Assembly (NCBI RefSeq): GCF_004010195.1
Contig: NC_057718.1
Location: forward strand, 43,718,280-43,782,279
Reading direction: 5' to 3'
DNA from: Chiloscyllium plagiosum
Lineage: Eukaryota
DNA length: 64,000 bases
Part shown: positions 1 to 13,887 of the stretch, piece after piece
Position numbering within the stretch: position 1 is the stretch's first letter
How the letters are laid out: each line of letters begins with the position of its first letter
Notes under the pieces: generated by a model
The model's database searches: none
What the model saw: only the letters and a program-made list of their open reading frames with translations
What the model was told of the DNA's origin: nothing
Program-made: the position numbers and the translations under genes

Positions 1-121
1 CATTCGTGGACATCATGGGACAATTTTTAGCATGGCTAATCCACTTAACATGTTCATCTTTGGACTGTGGGAGGAAACCTATACAGACATGGGGAGAACA
101 TGGCAACTTCACACAGTCACC
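1..121 (-). mobile_element. HE1-type (V-SINE) fragment
   Basis: tggactgtgggaggaaacc...cagacatggggagaac...cacacagtcacc is the reverse complement of the V-domain seen in the copies at 33546 and 45190. Confidence 0.7.
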
Positions 122-505
122 TAACATTGACATTTAGTGTTGATGTTTTGTTTTGGAATGTTGCATTTAACATATTTATTCCTAATTATCCATCTTGATT
201 ACAATGACCAGAATGGAAAATAGATATAAATTAATTACAAAACTTAAGATATGCAATGTAAAGTGAAAATGTTCTTTATAGACTAATGCTTTGAGTTCAC
301 TTTATATGGTGTATTATTGTTCGGCACCAGTACTAAATGTTGAGCACATAATATTTGGTATAAGCCATTTCAGTACTAACCTTTAAAAAGCACAACTATC
401 AGAACCTCTTTCATAAATTGCTTCTTTCCATGTTTAATATCCACAGTTTGTCAAAATTCCCTTGTTTCATAGTAATTAGGACATAATTAATTTAATAAGA
501 ATACA

Positions 506-745
506 GTGACGTTTGCGCTACAGTGGTAATATCACTAGATGAGTCATCCAGAAGACCATGCTAATACTGTGGTTCAAATCTCAACATGATAGAATGTGAA
601 TTCACTTACTTAAATCTGGAATTTATTTCCAATAATGGTGACCAGGAAACTTTTACTCCCTGTGTAAAATTCTATATTTTAGTTCTATCGTTCACTAATA
701 GACTTTGGGAAAGGAATCAACCATCCTTATCTGGTCTGGTTTGCA
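506..745 (+). mobile_element. Degenerate tRNA-derived SINE-like element
   Basis: cagtggtaatatcactagatgagtcatccaga...ggttcaaatctcaacatg...ccatccttatctggtctgg. A related copy lies at about 32285-32620. Confidence 0.5.
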
Positions 746-756
746 TTTAGAGTAGT

Positions 757-1583
757 TAGAGTCACAGAGGTTTACAGCATGGGAACAGATCCTTCAGTCC
801 AACTCAACCATGCTGACCAGATATCCTAAATTAATCTAGTCCTATTTGCCAGCACTTGGCCATATTCCTCTAAACCCTTCCTGTTCATATATTGATCCTT
901 GTAAATGTTGTAATAATGCCAGCCTCCACCACTTCCTCTGGTAGCTTATTCCGTATATGCACCACCCTCTGCCTGAAAAAGTTGCCCCTTAGGTCCCTTA
1001 TAAATCTTTCCCCTCTCACCCTAAACCTATGCCCTGTAGTTTTGTCACCCCCACCCCAGGAAAAATACCTTGTCTATTTACCCTATCCATGCCCCTCAGG
1101 ATTTTATAAACCTCTAAAAGGTCACCCCTTAGTCCCTGATGCTCCAAGGAAAATAGCCCCAGTCTATTCAGCCTCTCCCTAAAGCTCAAACCCAGCAACC
1201 CTGGCAAGATCCTTGTAAATCTTTTCTGAACCCTTTCAAGTTTCACAACATCCTTCCTATAGGAGGGAGACCAGAATGTTCCAAACGTGGCCTAACCAAG
1301 GTCCTGTACAGCTGCAACATGACCTCCCAACTCCTATAGTCATTGTTCTGTCCAACAAAGGAAAGCACACCAAATGCCTTCTTCACTATCCTATCTACCT
1401 GTGACTCTATTTTCAAGGATCTATGCACCTGCACTCCAAGGTCTCTGTTCAGCAGCACTCCCCAGGACATTACCATTAAGTGTTTAAGTCTTGCCCCGAT
1501 TTGCCTTTCCAAAATGCAGCCACCTCACATTTATCTGAATTAAACTCCATTTGCCAATCCTCAGCCCATTGGCCCATCTGATC
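757..1583 (-). mobile_element. CR1/HER1 LINE 3' fragment
   Basis: Minus-strand RT C-terminal remnants (KLERVQKRFTRILPGL, RDLGVQVHRSLK) plus the 3' UTR shared with other HER1 copies. Confidence 0.85.
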
Positions 1584-4066
1584 AAAACTCCACATCCACC
1601 GTGAAGTAGTTACCTCTTAGTTTTCCTCTCAAATGAAATGGCCTAACAAACTATTCAGTTTAAGAGCAATTTGGTTTAAACAATAAATGCTCCCCTTGCC
1701 ATATTCAATAAGAAGAAAAAGATATTTTATATGTAAATGCTAGTTTAGAATATATTTGCCTTTAGAAATAAAAAAAATCTTAACAACAGACTTCACATTT
1801 TCTGACTGGCAAATCACTACCTCTGGTTTAATTGCAGTCATAGTGGGGCTGGGAAATTAAGCAATGAGCACTTCTGTCCGGTATCTTGTGAAAATACACC
1901 TAAGCTTATTTCCATTTGTGCTGTATGCCTGTGTAATTCACTCCTGCCACTTTTGAATGAAAGTCTCATTAATTATGCATTGCAGATGCAAATGATGGCC
2001 TTTAGCAAGCCTGTTGATATTTCCAATGTTTAGTGGATTTCTAGCAAGCATAAAAGAGAAGGATTTAACTGCTTGATTTAAAGAACCAGAAGCAACGAAT
2101 TTCTGATGGAATTTTAATACATTTTAATTTTTCATTCAGTGTAAATTGTTTTGATGTATGAAAATTAATTGTACAGGTAAGTTAAAATGCATTAAATTAT
2201 TACTTATAATTGTACAGGAAATTTAAGTTCATTAATTTGATTGATTTTGCATTTAATATTTCATGTACTTTCACATGCTTTCTGGATCAGACCTTGGTGG
2301 CAATCGTTATGTAATTACAGAGGCAATAGAATGACTCTTACCAACATCGTGGAGAACCTAACTTTGAAGAAACAGACTTTGGAGAAATAATTCCCAAATG
2401 TTCTGCTGAGCAAAAACATTCTCACAAAAGATTAATCTGTTGCTTGTCTCTTGTAATACCAAATTTCTCATTGCTTTTCATGATGTACCTCTGCATTTAA
2501 CCATTGGATGCTGTACCAACTGCAGCATCATGATCCACGATTCTGTTAGAAAATGATGAGCTTTGATTTGAAAGAACATAGGTCACAATATTCGATGCTT
2601 TATTTGTTGGTAATTGACCTTAAAAAGTATCTTAGATATATCAGATCAGACCGGGCTCTTGTAGCACAGTAGTAGTGCCCTTACTGTTGGGCCAGACCGC
2701 CTGGATTCAAGTCACAAATGGTCCAGAGGTGTGTCATAACCTGTCTGAACAGATTGTTTGGAAATATCTCAGAGCCAGATTGCCATTATGCCACCAATTC
2801 TATTTATTAGCTCCAGCATATCTGGTTAAGAGTTACTACATTGATTGGTTCTGTAAATTCTAGGTCAGTGTAAGAGGACTTGCAGTCATTTCTAATGGAC
2901 CCAAACATTTTGGCACTCAAACTGCACCTTAGAGACAGTACTGTTCCTGACAGTCAAGGTTGCCAACACACTCAGTATGTTTACTTTTGGCCCGTACATT
3001 TTTCTGGTCTGACATTGGAATTATCTACATTGTCTGTCAATGAGTTAGCCACAGATATGTGAACCAAGTGACTGGCTCACACATAACAAGCAATACATTT
3101 GAGTGTACTTCAAACAATTTCATGCTACTTATTAGCATATCTCACTGCTTTAATGTACCTTGCTCCTGGTTAGCACTCACATGGAGCCCCTATGATTTAC
3201 TATACAAGGAAGAAACATGCATGATTCTTTACTGGAGGTTTTCCAGAAGTAAATTCTTGAGACACTTTTCAAACAACATACTGCTGGTTACCGTGTAGGA
3301 ATCTTGGAAGCATTATGCTTGATTTTTATGATCGTACTCCTCCATAACCTCTCTGTGGAACTATTTATACAATCTGTGTGCAAAGTATGGGATGCAATTG
3401 CATGTCATTTACATTGTTGTGTCCTCTCTGAAAACAGTAAAACATTGCTAGCATAAAAGCCATGGAGAAAATTTGGGTGCCATGTGATTGAAGGACAGAC
3501 AAGGGTAAATGAATACTGCCTATTTTCTCTGTACATTGCACTCACTTTCAGGCCCCATTTAAGAGTTGAATCCAGGAAATTTAACCTGAGAAAACCCTCC
3601 TTCCCACCAAGATTCAATCCTGTCACTGCTGGATCCAATTTTTTTTCCTTACCTTGGTATATGAACTGAGAGACTTTTCAACTAATAAGGAGGTTGCTAG
3701 AGATTACTTTCAATTCTGCTGCATGTGAGTGCAAAGGTAATGCTTAGACCTGACATCATCCACAGTAAAAGAATAAAGACGGCAACCCTAACCACTGAAA
3801 ATGACCCGAAAGTGACTTAGCTATTTGTAAAGGTAATTGCCACTCAGGACTTTACAAATCCATGCTTAAACAAAATATGAAACCTGTGTATTTGGTTTGT
3901 TTTTTAACTGTGGTATAGCACTGAATATTTCCATTGTCTGTGGTCAATATTATGAATGTTTTTCTCTGCATCTTTATGTTATTTGTTTAATGGGTTAAAA
4001 GCAATTTTGTATGTCAGTATATTTGATCCCTATCTAAAGAAGCACACTTTTATTGTATTTTGACAG

Positions 4067-4191
4067 GGTTCTGCTGTTGCAGTTACTCCGATTAATGACA
4101 AAGGACAAACACATAATGATAATCGGTGGTACCATAACTACTACAAGAACTGAGGCTGAAGGAACAATTGTTGTGGACGGCCAATACATAG
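4067..4191 (+). pseudogene. USH2A: Usherin LamG1 exon (human exon 23 equivalent), frameshifted
   Basis: Acceptor tattgtattttgacag|GGT, donor ATAG|gtaatt. Reads GSAVAVTPINDKGQTHNDNRWY, then in another frame ITTTRTEAEGTIVVDGQYI(G), versus human GSPVEVTTTNDHGKQYSDGKWHEIIAIRHQAFGQITLDGIYT(G) (recalled). Length 125 bp versus 127 expected, so a 2-bp loss near 4133; the unshifted frame stops at TGA 4151-4153. Confidence 0.9.
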
Positions 4192-5269
4192 GTAATTTAT
4201 TTAAAAGATAGCATCTAGTTGTGTGGATTGCATTAGGTAATAAATGTCACACACATGATATCAGGATGCAAGATATTTACTCTAAAACGTGCCACAGCAC
4301 AAACTTATCATTATGTATACATAGTATATTTCAAAAAGAAACAAAGAAAGTGTATTTGATGTGTATTATCATTCTAACAGTGCATATCTGTAATAGGGTT
4401 GTTTGTTCATTAAAATGGTTTTGTGCAAAGAAAAATGACATTACATAAGTTTTCAAAATATATCTTTCTATTTCACTATGTAACGTTCTGAAAATGTTGG
4501 CCTAGTTGTACTGACGGCAAAGCTGTCAACTTTTTCCATCAGCACACTGAAACTGACAGTGATGTCTGCACGCGCACAGTTAAATATAGACAGAAATTCA
4601 CCAAGTCTCTGTTAGTGCCTCTTTATTCCTCATCAGGGTACTCTGTGAAGTCCTGGTGTGTGGAAATTAATTAAAAATCACTGGTTTTATCTGAAGTTCC
4701 AATTTGTAAAACATTAATCTTCCGACAGATACCCTTGATTATTGATTGAGGTGTAACTGGGTCTGTAGCAGCATGTGAAGCCATTATTATAACTGAACCA
4801 ACTTCCACATCCCAAAAAACTAATTTTATGCTTGCAGTATATCAAATTCATTCATTATATGCCAAAAATTCCACTGAATTTTAAAATAATATCTTTGATG
4901 GCTGTTTCTGATAAATCAGCTTCCATCTGAATGTCAGGGACAGGGGTTTTCCTAACTAGTTTTGGGCCGCTGTCAGAATCAAATGCAGTTGGAAGGTTAC
5001 ACTATGTAGGGAATAGGCATCATCTGAGATTTTCTCTGAATTGGTCAATTAGTGCCCCATCCAATTAAGGAGGACAGGCAGACTTTAAAGGCTGGAAGAC
5101 ATAGAGCATCAGAAACTGCAGCAGGATGTCATTGCATGTAACTGAGGATGATGGAGTCTCAAAATGGAAGAGAACCCTTCTACAAATGATACCCAGGCAG
5201 CCATGGAGGATCTCCCTGTGTTCTTATCATCTTAACACCATGCCATGCCTTGACTAATTACTTACTATA

Positions 5270-6480
5270 GTCCATGTAGTCTATTATCCATTGCACTGCT
5301 CTCATCAAAACACCTAGACACCTCCTCGAGAAACTTAATCAAACCTGTCAAACTTAATCTCACCCTAACATAACCATGTTGGACATCCTTGATTACTCCT
5401 TTCTTCTCTAAGTGGAGATTAATTTTATCCCTTAGAATTATTTCCAACAGCTTTCTGATTACTGGCCTGTAGTTTCCTGGTTTATCCCTAACCATCCTTC
5501 TTGGAAGTAGAACAGCCAATGTTCACTGAGTTGATCCTTGCAATGAGGGGCTTGACCTGTGATGAAAGGCTCAGTAAGTTTGGTTTAAATTCTCTGGAGT
5601 CTAGAAGAATGAGAAATGATCTCATTGAGACACAAGACCTGATAGGGTAGATGATCCATTCCTCAGGGAATCTGAAACACAAGAGACATCATCTAAGGAT
5701 AAAGAGCCTTTTGGTTAGGAATGAGATTGGGAATCTGTGGAATTCTCTACCTTAGAGCACTGTGGATGCTCCATTGTTGGATACATTTAAGTCTTGGATA
5801 GACACTTGTTCTCGCAGGGCATCAATGGATATGGGCAGCAAATGGGAAAGTGGAATTAAAGCCCAAAATTCACCATACTATCATATGAATTATGAGTATG
5901 AATATGCCACTGGGGCCTCAAGTCTGCAATTAGTGCCTACTGCTCAATTGGTAATATCAAGGTTGATCTGATTCCTGTGCATTCCAACTACCTCCAATAA
6001 CATTTCACCCCTGTGCTTGTCAAGAATTTTTTTGTACTTTGAAGAGTGGAAATTTATTTAAGTGGAGACAGACTGCAGAAAGCTGTAGCACAGAGTAATT
6101 TGAGGTCTTAATAGATCAATCACAAAAAAGTTAACATCCAAATTCTGTGTGTAAAAGGGAAAGCAAATGGAATTTTGGCCTTTATTTCAAAAGGAATGGA
6201 TATATAGAAAAGGGAAGTCATAGAGTCATACAGCACGGAAACAGACACTTTGGTCCAACTAGTCCATTCCCACTAAATTTCCCAAACTAAAGTAGTCCCA
6301 CTTGCTTGCATCTGGCCTATATCCCTTTAATCTTTCCTATTTGTGTACCTGTCCAAATGCCTTTTATATGTTCTAACTGTACCTGCATCTAGCACTTCCT
6401 CTGGCAGTTTATTCCACATAGGAACCACCCTCTGTGAAAAAGTTGCCCCTCAGGTCTTTTTTAAATCTCTCCTGCCTTCT
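5270..6480. mobile_element. Cluster of old CR1 fragments in both orientations
   Basis: DKPGNYRPV...QHGYV (minus, 5270-5519), a + strand 3' fragment at about 5530-5870, and a HER1 3' end on minus at about 6216-6480. Confidence 0.65.
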
Positions 6481-6884
6481 ACACTAACAATGTGTTTTCC
6501 TTTTATATTCCCCCATTCTACTTTCCATGCCTCTGTACTCACATAAGATTTGTTATATTCCGAATTTACTCTTGTTCAGATGGATGATAGTTGACTTGAA
6601 ATATTGGGTTGGATTTTACCAACTAGTTTGTGAACCCAATGTCAGAATCAATTCTGAGTCCCAATTCTTTTCAAAATAATTACACAATGTTTTTAACATT
6701 TTGCTATCATGACCAATTATTGATATACTTACACAATTGCTGCCTAATTAGCTATCACAGTGTTCAAGAGGTGGGAACTCGAGGTGTTGAGTCCCATTTA
6801 GAGAGCACCTGACAACCATCAATGTGGCTGTGTCATTCCAGAGTGTGCAAAAGTGGACAATAGCAAAATGATAATCAAAAGATA

Positions 6885-7056
6885 TTGCGCTGGAAAAGCA
6901 TAGTAGGTCAGCCTGCATCCGAGGAGCAGGAGAGTCAATGTTTCGGGCATAAGCTCACATTCCTCATGAAGGGCTTATGCTCGAAATGTCAACTCTCCTG
7001 CTGCTCGGATGCTGCCTGACCTGCTGTGCTTTTCCAGCGTCACACTTTTTGACTCA
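6885..7056. mobile_element. Fold-back Penelope-like terminal-repeat remnant
   Basis: gctggaaaagcatag...cgggcataagc and its inverted copy gggcttatgctcgaaatgtc...cttttccagc. Degenerate hammerhead-like core near 6963-6990. Confidence 0.7.
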
Positions 7057-7879
7057 GTAGCAAAATAAAAGGTAACTTTGTAAAGATAGTCCCAGGGATT
7101 CGTGGAGGTCTGAGAAAGAGACAATGGGAGTAGGCAGGAATGTTTTATTTTGTGACAACCGCAGGAAGCCACCTGCCTGCCAGACCAAGTAGATGTGACT
7201 AGAAGTTGTGAGAGAGAGTGGCATCACTATCATTACGCATTAATTACTTTTTGCTGATTCACTCTTTATGTCGAAGCTTTAATGCAGCCAGATTGTCTGC
7301 TTTGATGAATTTTAGGTACAGCATGTGACTTGTGTGCCTCTCAAGAAATTGAAATCATGTTTAATTGTCTTAACTTGCTGGCGGCCACTATTGGGATGTG
7401 ATGCCTTCCCCAAGGAGCCCAACCTGAAATAAAATCACACTCTGGCAGCAGTGTGTTGAGTTACCAAAACAAGGTGCTCCTGTGTAAGTTTGCATTGTGC
7501 TACTTCCACAGCAACCTCTGCCTCAGTAGAAAACTTCTGCCCATCAGCTCGATTTCTCACTCTACAGCTGTTTCTTCACCTGTGAAGGAATTCCAGCATC
7601 TTCTGGTGTCCTTTGAGATTTCAAAAGCTTGTATTTCTTTTTTTTACTTTCGAACATGTAGATCCTGTACTTCCTCAATACCTTTTTAATACCTGTCCAT
7701 GTTAGATGCATAATCTGCTGGGCCTAAGAATTGTTTAAATCCTATTGTCCCTGTCCATTTCAAATAAACGATCTAAAGTAATGTACAGGTAAGATTTCCT
7801 TTGTGTGTTAGATATACAAAATTGTAAATGTTAAGAATGCTTGGGATTTTATTATGCTAAATCCAAAATCAATCCTTTT

Positions 7880-9026
7880 TAATCTGATCAGGGACAGTCA
7901 GCAGGGTTTTGTGAAGGGTAGGTCATGCCTAACGAATCTTATTGAGTTTTTTGACAAAGTGACCAAACAGGTAGATGAGAGTAAACCGNNNNNNNNNNNN
8001 NNNNNNNNNNNNNNNNNNNNNNNNNNNNNNNNNNNNNNNNNNNNNNNNNNNNNNNNNNNNNNNNNNNNNNNNNNNNNNNNNNNNNNNNNNNNNNNNNNNN
8101 NNGAGGGCTTAGAATGGTGGGTTAGTAAATTTGCGGATGACACTAAGGTCAGTGGAGTTGTGGATAGTGACGAAGGATGTAGTAAGTTTCAGAGAAACAT
8201 AGATAGGATGCAGAACTGGGCTGAGAGATGGCAAATGGAGTTTAATGTGGACAAGTGTGAGGTGATACACTTTGGATGGAGTAATCGGAATGCAAAGTAC
8301 TAGGCTAATGGTAAGATTCTTGGGAGTGCAGATGAGCAGAGAGATCTCGATGTCCATGTACACAGATCCCTGAAGGTTGCCACCCAGATTGATAGGGTTG
8401 TTAAGAAGGCATACAGTGTTTTGGCCTTTATTAATAGAGGGATTGAGTTCCAGAACCAGGAGGTTATGCTGCAGCTGTACAAAGCTCTGGTACAGCCACA
8501 CTTGGAGTGTTGTGTACAGTTCTGGTCACCGCATTATAAGAAGGGATGTGGAAGCTTTGGAAAGGGTGCAGAGGAGATTTACTAGGATGTTACCTGGTAT
8601 GGAGGGAATGTCTTATGAGGAAAGGCTGAGGGCCTTGAGGCTGTTGTCGTTAGAGAGAAGAAGGTTGAGAGGTGACTTAATAGAGAGACGTACAAGATAA
8701 TCAGAGGGTTAGATAGGGTGGACAGGGAAAGCCTTTTTCCAAGTATGGGGATGGCAAACACGAGGGGACACAACTTTAAAGTGAGGGGAGATAGGTATAA
8801 GACAGATGTCAGAGGTAGTTTCTTTACTCAGAGAGTAGTAAGGGTATAGAATGCTTTGCTTGCAACGGTAGTAGATTCGCCAAATTTAAATGCATTTAAG
8901 TCATCATTGGACAGGCATATGGACGTACATGGAATAGTGTAGGTGAGATGGACTTCAGATTAGTATGACAGGGCGGCACAACATCAAGGGCCAAAGGGCC
9001 TGTACTGCACTGTAATGTTCTATGTT
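7880..9026 (+). mobile_element. CR1 LINE RT/3' end spanning an assembly gap
   Basis: [19 protein letters not shown]...SKFADDTKV...ALERVQRRFTRMLPGM, with tail atgttctatgtt. Confidence 0.88.
7989..8102. other. Assembly gap (114 N)
   Basis: Run of n inside the CR1 copy. Confidence 0.99.
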
Positions 9027-9346
9027 TTTCTTGTGATGGCTGGTATCAAATGCATAAATTGTGTGAATATCCTCTCAGAAGCAAAGAAGGATGAACTTTA
9101 ACGAACAATTGAAACCAATGTTCTACAGTGACTACACAGCCTTGATTTTCCAGTGAATGCATCCCAATGTATTCAAGATCAAACTGAGTAGGTATTGTGA
9201 TGAGTTGCTATTTCACCTCCCCCCTGACATCTGTCACCACTTCCACATCTTCACACGGCATGATTATGGATATTTAATTCATTCTCTCCTACATTCATAT
9301 AAAGCTAAATGTTAGATGATGGTAAAAAAAGTGATCTTGACTGACT

Positions 9347-9745
9347 AGCACCCCCGGCCCACAAGTCTCATTCTTGGTGAAGGGCTTATGCCTGAAACGT
9401 TGATTCTCCTGCTCCTCAGATGCTATCTGACTTGCTGTGCTTTTCCAGCACCACACTCTTGACTCCAGCATCTGCAGTTCCTCACTTTCTCCTGGACTTT
9501 TTAAATGGTTATTTAAAAGCATTTCTAATTACCCTATGACTAGGTCAGTCAGTCATAGGGTAATTAGAAATGCTTTTAAATAACCATTTAAAAAGTCCAG
9601 GAGAAAGTGAGGAACTGCAGATGCTGGAGTCAAGAGTGTGGTGCTAGAAAAGCACAGCAGGTCAGATAGCATCTGAGGAGCAGGAGAATCGACGTTTCAG
9701 GCATAAGCCCTTCACCAAGAATGAGACTTGTGGGCCGGGGGTGCT
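9347..9745. repeat. About 400-bp near-perfect palindrome (195-bp arms, 9-nt spacer)
   Basis: 9347-9541 is the reverse complement of 9551-9745 with about 3 mismatches by eye. Each arm is a PLE terminus plus about 50 bp of AT-rich flank. The right arm continues as PLE sequence to about 9895. Confidence 0.92.
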
Positions 9746-12549
9746 GAGAGATAAATGGGAGGGGGCTTGGAGAAAGGTAGCTGGGAATGTGAAAGGTGTA
9801 TGAAGGTGGGGGGAAAAGGTGATTGGTTGGAGAAAGGTGGGAAGGAAAATGGCCAGGTCAAAAGTGTGGAGTCTCAAGCCTCCAACTTGGCACCGCCCTC
9901 TTTTGAGGAAGAGATTACATTGCAGCTGGGAGTTCCGGCCCAATTTGAGCAGACACTCTGACACGAACAATACAAGCCAATAACATCCATTCTTATTTTA
10001 TGGAATTTGGGCATTTTACTGTTTTTTGAGATTACAAATCAATTTCTTCCTGTTTATTTGAGGACTCCTTGTTTGTCTTGACGTAATATTGTTAGATTTT
10101 GTTTTGTCAGTGGTGGAGATCACATTCTATAATTATATCAATTTTCTAATGAAATTCTAATTTTCTGATGTCAAACCAGCACAGTCCTTCAGGAAAACAG
10201 GAACATGAGTAAGCCATTCAGCTTGATTAGTCTGTCTAAAAATCAATGAAATCATGGCTAATCTGTACTTCAGTATCATAAATGCATCTTTGCTTCATAT
10301 CCTCAAAGAAAATCTATTTGTCTCTAATTAGAATATTTACATTGACTCACTTGCCACAGCTTTATGACAGCATGTCCTAGATTTCTTTGTGCCTGGAGTT
10401 TCTTCCTAATTGCATTTCTAAAAAAATCAGCTTTAATTTTAAGATTGTTTTATTGTGCTGTAGATTCCTAACAAGGAGAAATTGTTTTACTCTATCAGTT
10501 CTATCAAACTGTTTTATTATTTTAAATACCCAATTAAATCAAAACTCAATATTCTAAAAGAAACATAATTTCAAGTTCACTTCAATGTTTGGGGTGATCA
10601 CCTATTAATACTTTCATGTACATTTGATGTACATAGTTTCAATCACACTATAATTTCATTTCCTCAAAATAATTTTCTCATTGTAACTTCCAATGAATCA
10701 CTTGATAGTATTATTTTGCAACAATAACATCACAATTGCTACTCTCAATTTTCAATCAATGTAATTTCAGCTCTACTTTTAACTGTCATCACATTTTCTT
10801 CAGTTTATTAAGACCATGGCATAATAAAAATAATGGAAGTCAGAAAGTGAATAAAAGGCCATAAATCTAATTTGTGGATGTACATAAATTGCCAAAGCTT
10901 TACTATAAGAATGCAACATCATCTGTACCCTGATATTAACCAGACAATTCCCAGCAGCAACGACATATCTATGCACTTGTTCTTGATTAAAACGTCATTA
11001 CTTCTATCACCTGTGTATTTGGTGGTTAATAATTGTAAGGCAGTGGTGTTGGTCTATTTGAAAGACAATGGAAACTCATAGCAATAAAGTATTGATTATT
11101 ACATCCTTATTCAAATTGCATTGAAAATATACATCAAAACATTGCTTAATTAGTTTTCATTAAATTCACTTCATGTAATGAATGCCAGTCTATACAATAG
11201 TTGTTGTATCTAGGCAGCTGGGTTGATGCTTTCTACTTTCTGTGAATGGTTCTCTTCTTTGATGTGCTAGTTGCACAACAATGTTTGAAGATGCAAAATA
11301 TATTAGAGAAATTGATGATATTTTGGACCATATGGCCAGAACACAATAGCTAAAATGTTATAATCAGCAGCAAATGACTGGTGCCTCTTACCCCTACAAT
11401 TGCCCATAGATATTTGATGAAATTTTACATTGGAAGTTGCAGTATTTCAAAATCCAAATTAGCTTTGAGCCTACCATCGAAGCAAGCAGTCAGAACTTTT
11501 TTTTTAACACGAGCAGGCAGAGTACAAATTTGGAAGTGTAAGTTAAAGTAACAGGGTAGAGCAGCCTCACCTATCAGCTGGAGAGCTGGTAAGAGAGCCA
11601 TGCTGCCTCTTCTTGGGGAGTCCTCACTGAACCACATGCCAATCAAGCAGCAGCAAGGCCATCAGTAGACCTGCACCTAGAATCAAGACCCCAAAGCTCA
11701 ACACCTAGTGAGAGTTGCTGGACAGTCAAAGCCTGGCAGCTTGTATTCAGCAGCATTACTAATGAGATCATGGCTGCTGTCAGAGGACACATCTCCCCCC
11801 TGCCCTCCCAGAACCGCAAATTTTAAACAACCAAGGTAAATTATATTTTGGGCATAGGGGATTTCTCAGAGTGAAGGGACAAGAAGATCAAATGCAAGGG
11901 GGTGGAGGAGGACCCTCTGTGGGCCCCACCCTGTCCTCAGGGGTTGATGGTTTTTGTTGGAGCAACTCCCTCCACCCTTGTCAAAGTGATAGGAAACATG
12001 CACAGTTGTGCCCAATGTGTTCTACTTGCTGCTGGATCCATCACAATGATGGCAGGATAAGACCCTCCAGCAGTCAATAATTTAACGTTCCTGTCCACAG
12101 CTCAATTCTGACAGAGGTGTGAAGGCAGCAAGATTCAGGTATGCCACACCTTAACTAACTAATGTCCTTCCTGTTTCCATGCTTGCCACCAGAGAAAGTG
12201 AAAGATTTTTTTGTTCATCCAGTGCAAAATCAAGAAAAGAAAGATTGGAGTAAGAAAGAGGTGGATATAAAAGAAAGAAATAGAATAGAACAATAAAAAT
12301 ATTGTATTTAATTATTTCTTTTTGAATTTCCACTGATAATTTAAATAATGAAGAATTCAACTCAACAATTGTAAATGATCAGTGCCAGAAAAGTTGTTCT
12401 GTCAAAACTAAGTTTTATTACGCTGTGAAGAATTCACTTACAGTTGAATGAACATGACCTGGCTTATTCTGGCATCTTCATTGGGTATACATCAACAAAT
12501 ACCACAACTTCTTACTACTCTATGTTCTTGATTGTTTCAAATCTCACTC

Positions 12550-12743
12550 CGGTAGCTCCGGTTTCCTCCCACAGTCCAAAAATGTGCAGGTTAGGTGAAT
12601 TGGCCATGCTAAATTGCCTGTAGTATTAGGTGAAGGGGTAAATGTAGGTGAATGGGTCTGGGTGGGTTGCTCTTCGGAGGGTCGGTGTGGACTTGTTGGG
12701 CCGAAGGGCCTGTTTCCACACTGTAAGTAATTTAATCTAATCT
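12550..12743 (+). mobile_element. HE1-type V-SINE, 5' truncated
   Basis: gctccggtttcctcccacagtccaaaaatgtgcaggttaggtgaattggccatgc...gggcctgtttccacactgtaagtaatttaatctaatct. Confidence 0.85.
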
Positions 12744-13481
12744 CATACTACCACACCTATTGGGAAGTATTCCAATCTGGACAGTAACTTTGTGATCTCT
12801 GTTTAACCCTGAAAAGTAGCCATGGAAACTTGCTATCCACTGAACATTGATAGTCTCACCTTTATTTCTCCAGCAAAATACAGTGACATCAAACCTCGCA
12901 ACAAATACATTTCCTTAATATTAAAATCCCACTTACATTATTTCAGCCAAACTGCATGCAGATACTGACAATTGTCCAGCTTTCATTCAGTGAGCAGAAA
13001 CTTATGACAGTGAAATTTCAAACCTAAGGGTAAGCTCACTGAATAAATTTCCCAGCTTGCCAAAGAAGGATGTAACATGACTAAATGTGTGTGCATCCTT
13101 TGGAATATCCTTAGGGTACATTACAGTTAGGTCTATGGAATGATGTGATTGAAATATTTTGGTTAAAATGGAACTTTTTGCATACACAGTAGAATGCTGA
13201 TGATGAATTACAAAGCCACGAAAACAAGTAGCTCTTATGATGATATAACTGGTGACAGTAGAGTTGCTAACAATTCTCCTGTTATGTAACAAGTATGAAA
13301 AGGAGCTCCTGACCTGAGGTTTAAAAGGTTTACTTTTCATGTTTCAATTGTTAACAAAATTCTCGAGAATGAAATAAAATCTCCCCTACTCCCATTCATT
13401 CCAACAGGGTGTCACCAGTCCAGTGACTGAGAATGAAAATGAAATGTGAGAACTTTGAAATGAGACTGGTTTAAAATGAAA

Positions 13482-13720
13482 TGTGGGACTTTAAACAGAG
13501 GGTGGTAGGTACCTGGAACACGTTGCCAGCAGAGGTAGTAGAGGCTGGTATGGTAGATTCATTTAAGGTGCGTCTGGGACAGATGCATGAGTTGGTGGGG
13601 AGCAGAGAGATACAGATCCTTAGGAATTGGGCATTCATTTTAGACAGTGGATATGGATCAGTTCAGACTTGGAGGGCTGAAGGGCCTGTTCCTGGGCTGT
13701 AAATTTTCTTTGTTCTTTGT
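13482..13720 (+). mobile_element. CR1 LINE 3' terminal fragment
   Basis: QRVVGTWNTLPAEVVEAG motif and ttctttgttctttgtt tail, about 170 bp upstream of the decayed exon at 13888. Confidence 0.75.
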
Positions 13721-13887
13721 TATTCCTCACTCCTGACTGAGATTAACCAAGACAAACTAAGTGAATTGCAATCATTTTAATGTTTTGCATGTTATAAAAT
13801 AAAGTTTATTTTAACATAGCTGGTCTGTAAGGTACTTGAGTATTTTAGCATATTACCAGATTTACATTAATTGTTATGATTCTTTAG

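Noticed and set aside
512..523. TTT GCG CTA CAG (FALQ) resembling the usherin exon-22 motif YFALQLK
   Set aside because: It lies in the head of a SINE-like repeat, is followed by TGG TAA, and has no flanking similarity or splice sites. That exon is probably upstream of the window.
7989..8102. Gap hiding a missing USH2A exon
   Set aside because: Both sides are collinear CR1 RT sequence, so the gap is internal to the LINE.
10051..10070. FI*GLL resembling VFLGGLP as a candidate exon-24 remnant
   Set aside because: No further similarity or splice context; 13888-13957 fits far better.
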